A stretch of DNA of 64,000 nt from Octopus bimaculoides (taxonomy: Eukaryota): positions 27,589,640-27,653,639 of the forward strand of contig NC_068982.1 of NCBI RefSeq assembly GCF_001194135.2, written 5' to 3'. Made by a program: the position numbers and the translations under genes. How positions within the stretch are numbered: the first letter of the stretch is position 1; every line of letters begins with the position of its first letter. Shown in pieces: positions 22,459 through 33,350 of this stretch. The notes under the pieces were generated by a model. That model saw only the letters and a program-made list of their open reading frames with translations, had not been told where the DNA came from and made no database searches.

Positions 22459-23823
22459 AAATGTAAACATTAAAACAAATATCAATATAATATTATTTTT
22501 TAGCATTGGTGAAAGGTCACATAATGGAAAGGAACTAGCTATAGCGATTAAATGGAATTCAAACTATTACTAGTAAGTATTATCTGAAACTAAGGTAAAG
22601 GGAGATAACTACACACGGCACTAATTTCTAACATATTTTGTCTTAAAATTTTCGAGATGAACATTTTTTACATATTCCAAAAGAATTTTTCTATAAGTAT
22701 ATAAAACTGAGTTAACTTTAAAAAAATCTCACAATAAGCGGTAATAGTCATTAATCAATAGTACCACAACTGCGATGAGCAGTAACTTGAACCTCTGAGA
22801 AGTAACAAAACGCAATATATATATATATATATATATATATTACGGATAGAGTACTCAATACGCAAAAGTAGAGTTAAAGTAATGCAATACAAAATGCATG
22901 CGCAAAATAGTGTAGTATAAATATTTTAATATTAATATTCGTACTTCCTCTTATATTTTCGCGTTTATCCTTACACAAATACATATACAATTGTGATGAA
23001 CAAGATGAAAAGCGGGGGAAAAAACACATCAAACTAAACAGTTAATAGTCATCAGGAAAAGGACATTTTTAAAAATTCGTTAAGCTATAATTAAACTTAA
23101 ACAGACTGACAAAGCGATCAGCGTTTAGGTTGAAATTTTCAGCGTCTATTTAAGTAGTAAAATATAATGAATGAATTTACTTGAAAAGAACTTGATCCAC
23201 TTGTACTTGATAAACATCGACAAAAAACGATATACCACATAGATTTCACATAGAATGAAGATAGAAGTGTATGTAGTAAAAGGTAGAGAAATCTGCTTCA
23301 TCAGTGTTTATATGATAGAGGGGGGTTTTAGCATACGACACTTGGAAGTGTGGTCCTTAAGGACTAAAATTAAAATTTTTTAATAAGTATTCGACAGAAA
23401 AACAAACAGGTTGAGTCAAGAGGCGAGACATTACCGACAGCCAAAAACTGTTTGTTTACGAAAAGAATAAAAATAAATATTCCGACGCAAATACACTTCT
23501 AAAAAATCACTACCTATATTATGTTTTATTTACGGCTGTCGTTTAATAAATCCAAAGTATTGATTCTTTAAATATAATGATAAATATAGAAAATTATATT
23601 TTCTCTATTCAACTAAAAGAAAAGAATGAATCGAAACACATTTTAATGAAATGTACATCGCAAGCCATGCGAAATGGATCAATCTTTGACTAGCAACTCA
23701 TTAGTCAAATTATTCCTAACAAAATTATTCAAATAAGGAAAAACAGTTGACAACGCTTGTTTGCTTCCCCCACCTCATTGCTGTCCAATAATTTAAAGAG
23801 AGCAGTGATATACTTGTTCGTAC

Positions 23824-23876
23824 CTGAGACATACATCCCAGTCACATTGCAACAGCAATCTCCGACATGCGGCCAT
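23824..23876 (-). CDS. PAAF1: PAAF1 coding exon 1 (MAACRRLLLQCDWDVCL-R)
   Basis: ATG at 23876-23874; 53 nt ending AG|gtacga; resembles the PAAF1 N-terminus MAAPLRIQSDWAQALR. Confidence 0.9.
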
Positions 23877-24314
23877 TGTTATTGCTGAAAAGCGGTTAGG
23901 CGGAAGCCTAAGATGTACAGATTTTGTTATTTCATAATTGGTCTTTTTAGAGTTATGTCCTTTATTATATTAATTATAAACAAATGAGAAGCTCTTTAGT
24001 TTATTTGATAACGATTAATTCTGAGATATATTATATTTGAATAATTATTTGATGATTCCATGTATTTCATTATAATAATTACGATATGCCGGAAACGCGT
24101 CTGCCTTTGCTACTGCTGCTGCTGGCCGGTCTAGATCCCAGAAGTAGGACATGAAAATATCAACATCGCATACCAACCACGAGTTCACTTCACTTACCTA
24201 ACTTATTTCCTTGCGGAAACCAGGATTTTCCCTACCATTTGTGATTGTTATATCTTTTCAGGACACTTTCAAAATGGTTTGGCATAGTTTTATTCATTGA
24301 AGACTTGATTTATT
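23877..24314. promoter_or_regulatory. Bidirectional promoter / 5'UTR region shared by PAAF1 and WDTC1
   Basis: Divergent ATGs 438 bp apart; ETS-like CGGAAG (23901) and CCGGAA (24089) cores flank a very AT-rich spacer; CpGs retained. Confidence 0.7.
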
Positions 24315-24395
24315 ATGGATTCTGCTAAACCTAACAGAGACAGGTTTCAGTTGAGCCGTACCCTGTTGAAGTACGATTTGCGTCGAGAATATACG
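24315..24395 (+). CDS. WDTC1: WDTC1 putative first coding exon (MDSAKPNRDRFQLSRTLLKYDLRREYT)
   Basis: 81 nt, phase 0, joins 45488 in frame; TLLKYDLRRE resembles ITRDLIRRQ of the WDTC1 N-terminus; donor ACG|gttaac is weak. Confidence 0.7.
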
Positions 24396-27300
24396 GTTAA
24401 CTTCTGTTGATGAGACACTCAGTCAAAACCAGTGTCTTACGACTTTCACAACAGAATTACCAGTGAAGCTGGGAAAGTTTAGTTGGAAAATGAAGAGCAA
24501 GTAGAGTAAAATAGAACAGATAGTGAAAAGATGTATTTAATTGTTCATATGTTTATATTTCCAACTGTCTGATGGTGTAATTAATAGACAGTTAGCCACA
24601 ATATTTTCGAGACTAAATCACTTCTAAAAAAAAGTAATTAAAGTGGAAAAAGTCTTATAGAACTGAATTGCAATAATGGGAAATTTATATACATATACTT
24701 TTATGGATTAATGTCTATACTAGCACTCTGTAGTTTATCGTTCAGTTTAATTTCAATACATCTTTATTATTGTCTGTGTAGTCTAAGTTTTCGTTTAGGG
24801 TGGTTCGTTGATATTAACACAGAAATAATATCAATAACAAAACATTGAGCAATTTTTTTTTTTTTTAAAGTTCGTCTCCCCTAAATTCTTGTTGATCGTT
24901 TTGTTTTCTAAACCAGTCTTCATGAACGAAAAAACCTAGTTGAAAAACAAAAAAAAATCCTCCCAAACTTCACTCCTTTGTTATTTCTTTAAGACAAAAA
25001 TCAGGAAAATTAAGAAATGATGTTTAACCAAGGAACTTTAAAACGAAAGCTGCTGCGAGAGACCGATGTAAGTTCAACATACTCAACTCTTAACTCTTTT
25101 GTCATGCTTATAAAGAATCATTTATGTTTAACTTCATGTGATTCGTGTCATTCTCTACTTTGTTATTGGTTACTTTGAGGTTTAGCTCCAGGTCAACCCT
25201 GATCGAACAGACCTATCATCAAAGACATTCCAGCCATGACCATTCCGTCTTTTTTTGTGGGTGGATGGTTTCTAAGACTATATTATATGTCTTTTTTTTC
25301 TTTTTTCTTTTTGCGGTGGAGTTTGATTTGAAGGCGATTTGGCTCCTATTTTCAGAAGGCTTAGTGACCACATAGATGCTTTCTCGGTGGCTCGTTGGTT
25401 AGTTAGTTAATGGGAAGGGTGGACTGATGAAATCAGAGATATATTGTTATTGCATTGTTGTATAAATGGTGCTTTCTCCGAGTGCATGAGATTGATTCAT
25501 ATGTATCCATAAGAAGAGGTTACCCTGAAAACTCGTTTGCAAATTGTCTATATGGTATTGTGTGTGTATGGTTGCATATTTGTGTTATCGTGTTATATCC
25601 ATGTATGTATATATTTATGTGTGATTAGGATTATATATGTGATATTGTTTACCTGTATGGTTGATCAGATATATCTTGTTTGTGTGTCTAACGATGTAGC
25701 AAAATCTAGACGAGTTGTTTTGTTTTTGTTGTTATTTTTTCTCTCTCCCATTACTATCAACCCGTTAATCACGATTTCCAACATCGTAAGTCCGTTTTTC
25801 AGATATTTTCAAATTAGTTCGTCTTTTTTTTTTTCTTTTAGATTTTCCAACCCGCCCTCAACATTGCTCTTGCATTTATTTAAACTGTCAGTTGCTGCTC
25901 GACTTCATTGTAAATAAGCAATCTAAAATTGTCAATACATGGATCTCTATTATTTGTATTTATTCTTGTGCTTTTTGATGTTGATTGAAGCAAGTCACAG
26001 TAGCGCTATCCGAACCTATTTTTTTTCTCTCTTTTTTTTTTTAAATTTGAAATCGATTTGTACCAAAGTCGTCCCTATATATGATCACTGATTTTTTTTT
26101 TTTAATAATAAAGTCCCGATCACGAGTATTTATATGCATTATACACACACACAAAATTTGCAATATTTATCATTAAAATGTGATGTACTGGTTTTGATGT
26201 AGCTTTTTTCGAAGGTAATTAAAAATCAATATAAACTTTTTTTTTACTCCCCTGCAAATATCGAAGACTGACAATATGTTTCGAAAACAAAACCCTATTG
26301 ACAAGGTGAAAATGTAGATATATATATGAGTTGGAAAAGAAAATGGAAAACGAAATTGTTCTGTAAAGGAAGTCACATTCTCATAAAATGAAAAAAAATT
26401 ATATATATATTTATATCGATAGCCGCTTTGAATGGTTATTTACTTTTTGTCTACATTTGTGTTATTCATTTTATTGAATTTTTTTAAATAGTTCTGTTTT
26501 TGGTCGTTCATTATTTGGATTTATTATTCCTGTCATTATTACTACTTTTCAAGGTCTGTGTTGATAAGTTCGTTGTTTTTTATTTTTTTTAAAAATTTCT
26601 GTAGAAAGCTTGTAAAATTGTCTCTATCATCTATATCCCTCTTTCTAATTTTATTTTTTAATGTCAGCGTTGCTTGTAACGTAGTTTCGGAAGAAGTTCT
26701 TTATTGTAACTGTGCTAACTGTTAGGCAATGTGTTCAACCCTTCATGTCGTTGACACTCTGCATTCCAGCCATTAATCAGCTGTTCTCTCTCGCCTACTC
26801 TCTCTCTTTTCCTTCGTTCTTTCTCTCCCCCCTCTCTCTCCTTCGCTCTCTTTCTCCTTCACTCTCTCTCTCGTCTTTGTCTTTCTCGTTTTTGGAGAAA
26901 AACAAACAAATCCAAAACAAGTTTATTCAACGTTGAAGTTTAGACATATCCAAACAAGCTTTACTCTTTTAGTATTTGTTTATGAAAGGATGACCCTTAC
27001 ATAGTTAGTATATTATCAGTATTTATTTCATCAAAAGAGGGAAAATAAAATAAAAAGAAAATCCTTGCATGGTTTGAACTCAAAAGCGGGCAAGATCCAT
27101 TAAAGCATCTACTCAGTGTTCCACGGTTTGCGCCTCTTCTATGTGAAGTTATACATTGGTTTCAAATTTTGGCACTAGGTCAGCAATTTTTCGTGGGGAG
27201 GGAGTAGGTCGATTACATTGACCCCAGTGCTCGACTTGTACTTATTTTATCGACCTCGAAAGGATGAAAGGCAAAGTCGACCTCGGCGGAATCATGTGTA

Positions 27301-27754
27301 GTTATATATTAAAACAGCTCTAACATTAAACTGAAGGATTGCTCAGTACTTTTTAGTAGAGTACATATTTATTAATTTTTACAAGGAGTAGGTTGATAGT
27401 GACTTCGAAGTTTCGGCTCACCACTTGTCATATCACTGAATCTTTCTCTCTCACACACACACATACACACAATTTCTAACCATGAGTTTTCAGTTCAATT
27501 AACTATAAGTACTAAGCTCGCAAAACGAGCATGAAAGTGGTTGAGTACTCCACAGGCACGTGTTTTCTTAATGTAATTTTCAAATGGAATTGGTGTAACA
27601 CCTTGTGATGTGGCTCAACCTTTGAATTACAGATACAATCCAGCTGATTAGCTTTCATACAGTCTTCATCTACCCAGTTTCATTCACAAAGTATGAATTA
27701 ATCCAAGGCTATAGACTCCTCCACCTGATACCAAGCAGCATGACCAAATGGGTT

Positions 27755-28020
27755 TATATTGGCTCTTGTGCAGGTGGCACGTAAAATACACCATTTTGAG
27801 CGTGGCCATTGCCAGCACCACCTGACTGGCCTTCGTGCGGGTGACACATAAAAGCACCCACTACACTCTCAGAGTGGTTGGCGTTAGGAAGGGCATCCAG
27901 CTGTAGAAACTCTGCCAAATCAGATTGAAGCCTGGTGTAGCCATCTGGTTCACCAGTCCTCAGTCAAATCGTCCAGCCCATGCTAGCATGGAAGGTGGAC
28001 GTTAAACAATGATGATGATG
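27755..28020 (+). mobile_element. RTE-family 3'UTR element
   Basis: Reverse complement of the 19656-20010 family; ends gttaaacaatgatgatgatg. Confidence 0.85.
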
Positions 28021-28699
28021 ATATATCACCATCATCATCTTTTAAAATTCATCTTCCATGCTGATATAGATTGGACTACTTGATAGGATCCAATGAATCT
28101 GAGGGCTGTATTGTGCTCTAATGTCTGCATTGGCATGGTTTCTGTAGCCCTTCTTAAGGCCATCTATTATACAGAGTATACTGGGTACTTGTTTCATGAT
28201 TGACATGCAGCTTGCAAGACTAAGATACCCTTCGACTAAGTGGTGCTACAGTAGAGCGGGAGACGGATTTATGCTTGGAGATGAGATGCTAAAGTATGAG
28301 AGAAAGGGCCAGAACAGAATAGGTTTCTTGTTATTTTTGAAGCTACATGCTTACTCACACAAGAATGGAAAATGGACATTAAATGATGATGATGTGTGTG
28401 TGTGTGTGTTTCTGACACTCTATCATATTTTAACCTCTCATCACTTAGCATAAAGCCACTTCCCTGAAATTAGTAAGAAACTCTAGGAAGAGCTGAACAA
28501 CAAAAGGTTTTCAGAGAATAAGCCCCACCTCATGCAAGTGCTTCGATCCTGACAATCTAAGGGGACAGGACCACAGCTAGATCATGACTCCTAGATACCC
28601 CTCTGCTGCTACACTCTGTACTATTGTGTGCTTTGCAACCCTCCTGGCTGATTAAGGGGCCTCAGATCCAAGGTTGAGTGTTATAATGAGTTCAGTCTG

Positions 28700-30050
28700 A
28701 GACATCAATTGACTGCAGGGTAAATCATGCCTTATGAATCTCACTTCCATTCTTTCTTAACCATACAAAGTTGGAACTCCTCTCAGCTACTTCTGCCATT
28801 GCTTTAAGAACTTTGGTTCTCTCTCTCCCATGGGATCATATGCAGATTTGTCCACAATCCCTCTTGCACTCACACCTCTATGGTGAGGACTTTGGTTTGC
28901 AAAGCAGATCCTCTATGTCTAATGGCTAAACTGTCATATTTTTTTAGCCTTGTTGATGTGAGCTTCCTCCTTTCAGTTTTCAGATGACTGAGAGAGTTCA
29001 AGCAGAATCACTTGTTTTGATGAAAGTGAGCTGAGTACAATATCCAGTCTCGCACCAGTCCTGGTGATTTTATCCATTCCAGAGGGTCTGCTGATCACTC
29101 CTAGTCATCAACTCCATCCAGTAGATCCTGCTTTCATGATCCAATTTACAGCTGTTCCAGGCCACAGTCTTTTACAACCTGCTGTGGAGAACATCGGTGG
29201 AGCTTCCAATGATATCATCTTCTCTCTCATGATGCAAATCACATGTTAGATCTTGAAGCACTTGATTGAACCTCCTTGTGTATCTCCCTTGGGTTAATGC
29301 ATAAGCTCAGGACATGTTCCACTGATTGTTTGCCTTAGCAGAATGGGCTTGTAGGGTTATCTAATTTCCCCCACCTCACCAAGTCTGTATTTGAGGGCAA
29401 GAGATCATATACAGACCTGAAGATAAAGCTAACACCAAGAGGAGCCATATGTCATTCCAGCTGAAATTTCTTTGGAGTGCACTCTCCCACATTGTCCACT
29501 GTTCCAGTTAGTCTTTCTGGAATCTCTTAGCATCCTCTTCTCCCACACTTGTTAAATTGCCATGTCTCTCTTTGAACTCCACTCCATTGAGTCTAGTATC
29601 CACCTTTTGGTCTGAGTATGTCCCATTATTTTCCTGAATTTGAAGCTCTTTTTTATTGCATTCACTGCCTCCTAAATCTTCCATTTCTTGCCAGATCTCA
29701 GCTTAGGTTGAATTGATCTTATGGCTTCACCTAAAACCTCAAGCATATACAAAAGCCATACTTTTCACGCCTTGTATTCTTCTTCGATGGACTTCAGGGA
29801 TAGCTTCAGCTTTGCTTGGCAACAGTTGAAAGTAATCAGGTGGAACACCAAATCATTTCCTGGTGTATTTATTAATTTTGGGCTTCATCATTTCCACTAT
29901 ACTAGTTCATATATCAACAAAGCTAAAGGAAATTTGGTATCTGCATGAACTGCAAGCACTAAACTTTGCATTTGCTAAAGAGACCACATAAATCTGTTGT
30001 CTGCAAGCTCTCCTCTATCACTTGCTTGGTTTTCTTTCTCTTTTCTGTAT
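28700..30050 (-). mobile_element. HERO/NeSL-like non-LTR retrotransposon remnant
   Basis: Fragmentary translations WESALQR.SWNDIW, FRSVYDLLPSNTDLVRWGK, VEHVLS, RLDIVLSSLSSKQVILLELS, AKKYDSL; many frameshifts. Confidence 0.6.
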
Positions 30051-30307
30051 CATTCAGGGATGTCATCACCTTCCAGAGCCCTTGACTAATTTTTTTACTA
30101 CCGTTGAAATGTGTTGGTTGGCTACAGTAAATGAGATTTTATCCACAAACGGGTACATAATAGTGCTAGTAGAATCTCAAGCAGGTTGACATGGAACCAA
30201 GACTATAGAATTACAGGAATAGTAAGCGGCAAGGACACATGTATAATGTGGACTGCTCAGATGACTTATTAGAAATAACCGATAACTTCTGTCACCTAAG
30301 CATCTTA

Positions 30308-30470
30308 CCATATTTTAACGTGTATAAGGAACCCCCTAATTTTGGGGGCTTAAAATTTGGAAAAAAGGTTTTGTAAGGGATTATAATACTGTCCATGTAT
30401 AAGAAAATCCCATATTGTTTTTAACCTAATTTTTGACAAAAAAGGGTTCCTTATACATGCTAAAATATGG
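30308..30470. mobile_element. TA-flanked MITE (Tc1/mariner-pogo type)
   Basis: 27-bp TIRs with 25/27 identity (CCATATTTTA(A/G)C(G/A)TGTATAAGGAACCC); TA on the left, TG on the right. Confidence 0.85.
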
Positions 30471-31109
30471 TGATTAGTACTGGTGATGGTTGTAAGAAAT
30501 GTAGTAAGGAAGGACTGTTGCTGTATGGCAGAATACAGAGGCCAAAAAAAAATGTGTTGTTTGATATGTAATGTTAAGTTGTATCAAAGGATTGGAGTGC
30601 AACTGAGGTGAGAAAGTAAATGGACTTCAAATATTCTGGCTGATATGTGTAGAAGAAATGGTTGGACTAACAATGTCAAAAGTGGCGTATACCAGTGATG
30701 GAGAGAGTTTCACAGAGGCAATGACAAGTGACCAAGACCTTTGGTGGTTCACTTTACTTGAGAGGGCATATCAAGCTAAGTGTAATTGTAGTCATTGCCA
30801 GTGCTGGTGATATGTAAAAGACACCCAGTACACTCTGGAGTGGTTGGTGTTAGGAAGGGCATCCAGTAATAGAAACCAAGTCAAAGCAAACTGGAGCCCA
30901 GTGCAGCTCGCGGTCAAACCATCTTACTCATGCTAGCATAGAAAACAAATGCTAAATGATGATGAGGTGGAAGAGGTGGAATACACAAAGATAAAGTGAG
31001 GTGAGGTTTTGTGGTACAAAGCCTCACATAATTATAAGAGATGGTCATATCTTGTATAGTAAATCTATCTGACCTACCAACTTTGACAAACAGGTAGTAA
31101 AATAATGAT

Positions 31110-31334
31110 TTAACCCTTTTGTTACCACATTTCTGTTGAAATATGCTACCTTTGTTTAAATTAGTTTTGAAAATGATGAAAAATTAACTAAAATAACTTT
31201 GCCTTTATTAAGTAGGTGCTTGGAACATAATGTGAATTTTTGATGGAAGGTTTTAATTTAGATTATTTTAAAACAAGAAGTTTGTCTCACAGAGCCAGGG
31301 GTGGTCCCAAGTGGGTTGATACCAAAAGGATTAA
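31110..31334. mobile_element. TTAA-ended MITE (piggyBac-like ends)
   Basis: TTAACCCTTTTGTTACC versus (reverse complement) TTAATCCTTTTGGTATC; inverted copy at ~47390-47610, partial at ~63110-63200. Confidence 0.7.
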
Positions 31335-32015
31335 TCATCCATTTTTCTATCTGGTATCGGCTGGACTGGTGAACTATATAGCATTTTTCTCTCTATCTTA
31401 TCTATGACATCCATTGTGAACTATGCATAATCTTAGGCATCTTTCTTGTTTTAAAGCTACCATAATGATTTATCTTGCATGTCAAACCAAGTGCAGTTTT
31501 CTTAGCTACAGACTTCCGTCAATAATATCTTCTATGCCCAACTACTTTATCAATTCAGTTGCACTCATCCTTTTTACACATCCACTGAATCATTCTTAGT
31601 TCAATTTCTACTCAATCTTATGAATTCAGTTTACCGGATCAGTGAATAAAGGATTTGTATAGTCTAAAAGGAAAATAACAACCTATAGTGTGGCATATTT
31701 GATCTTTTTGTAGATTGTTAGTAAGTGCTTATGGCTAAAGAAATAATCAGATTTTGTTGTAGTCTGTTAATATCAAGAAGCTTCCATATGGTCACTCAAC
31801 CTGTTAAAAATAGTCTCTAAATTTCCCTCAAATCACATCCTATTGTCTTAAATAAGGAAAAGCCACATGAAATAATGTAGTTCATCTAGATGGTCATGGC
31901 ATGAATGTCTGATATTAAGTGTGCTTAATGAAGGTTGACTTCAATACCAACTACATGAAGCTTAACGATCAGCATACATGAGTTTTAGTATGTGACTGCT
32001 TTAATTAAATGTTAT

Positions 32016-32403
32016 GTTGTTGACATTCCGTCGCTTACGACGTCGAGGGTTCCAGTTGATCTGATCAACGGAACAGCCTGCTCGTGAAATTAACGTGCAA
32101 GTGGCTGAGCACTCCACAGACACGTGTTCCCTTAACGTAGTTCTCGGGGATATTCAGCGTGACACAGTGTGACAAGGCTGCTGACTCTTTGAATTACAGG
32201 CACAACAGAAACAGGAAGAAAGAGTGAGAGAAAGTTGTGGTGAAAGAGTACAGCAGGGTTCGCCACCATCCCCTGCCAGAGCCTCGTGGAGCTTTTAGGT
32301 GTTTTCGCTCAATAAACACTCACAACGCCCGGTCTGGGAATCGGAACCGCGACCCTACGACCGCGAGTCCGCTGCCCTAACCACTGGGCCATTGCGCCTC
32401 CAC
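32016..32403 (-). mobile_element. Young tRNA-derived SINE, family D, full length, 13-bp TSD
   Basis: Head GTGGAGGCGCAATGGCCCAGTGGTTAGGGCAGCGGACTCGCGG...GGTTCCGATTCCC; (AAC)n tail; TSD AATTAAATGTTAT at 32003-32015 and 32404-32416; many CpGs; old copy at ~27480-27700. Confidence 0.9.
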
Positions 32404-32627
32404 AATTAAATGTTATATATTTCTTTGAAATATATAACATCTACATTGAATTGATGATAAAGAATTAGTGAATGATCTGCTACCCATTGGATGTTGACTA
32501 TCAGGAGTTGTTGTTATTTTAGAGGAAGGTGGTGGGATTGTGGGTTAAATGGGTGGATAAGTTTCTGTTATCAGGAGTATATATGTATAAAGTTATTTCT
32601 TATTTATAGAATGCAATTAATTAAGCA

Positions 32628-33018
32628 TAGGTGCAGGCATGGCTGTGTGGTTCAGAAGTTTGCTTCCCAACCACATAGTTTCAGGTTCGGTTCCACTGCG
32701 TAACACCACTCCAGGTTGACCTAAACCTTGTGAATGGATTTGTAAGCTGAAAGAAACTTGTTGTGTGTGTGTGTGTGTGATAGTTTCCTTAACCTTACAT
32801 TGCATGACAGTTCTAAACAGATGTTACCATTATGCAAATGATGTCCTTCTTTTCAGTCTTCTGTGAAAACATGTTTGATCATGGGAAAATATTACCTTGC
32901 TTCAAAACAGTGAAATTTAGTGACAGGAAGAGGACTCAGCAATAGAAAATTTACCTCAACAAATTCCATTCACCCATGCAAGCATGGAAAAGTGGATATT
33001 AAAATGGTAATGATGATT
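32628..33018 (+). mobile_element. Family B head with an alternative RTE-type tail
   Basis: Same head; tail ends CCATGCAAGCATGGAAAAGTGGA...(GAT)n; also at 18283-18730 and 51918-52400. Confidence 0.7.
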
Positions 33019-33022
33019 AGAA

Positions 33023-33350
33023 GTGAAGGCACATGGCTCAGTGGTTAGAGTGTTGGGCTCACAATCATGAGGTAGTGAGTTTGATTCCTGGACCGGGTTG
33101 TGTGTTTTGTTCTTGAGCAAGACACTTTATTTTACATTCACTCAGCTGTAAAAATGAGTTGCGACATCACTGGTGCCAAGCTGCATCAGCCTTTGCCTTT
33201 CCCTTGTTGCATGGAGAGGGGAGACAGGTATACATGGGCAACTGCTGATCTTCCATAGACAGCCTTGCCTGGATTGTGCCTGAGAGGGGAACTTTCTAGG
33301 TGCAATCCTATGGTCATTCATGACCAAAGTAGGTCTTTAATCTTTTACCC
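33023..33350 (+). mobile_element. tRNA-derived SINE with a family E head
   Basis: GTGAAGGCACATGGCTCAGTGGTTAGAG head; body shared with the 5'-truncated copy at 41328-41570. Confidence 0.75.

Noticed and set aside
24046-24104. TTGATGA...GAAACGCGTC resembling a hammerhead in the promoter
   Set aside because: C3 is missing, and stems I and II do not pair.
24407-24437. TTGATGA followed by an AGACACT/AGTGTCT hairpin just after the WDTC1 first donor
   Set aside because: No GAAA after the stem, so not a hammerhead; no convincing D box or terminal stem for a C/D snoRNA.
25537-25917. 126-aa ORF and many other short ORFs in the track
   Set aside because: Low-complexity, microsatellite- or repeat-derived translations with alternative starts and no recognisable domains.
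32330-32403. tRNA-like sequence as a true tRNA gene
   Set aside because: No proper acceptor stem; it continues into a SINE body with a tail and TSD.
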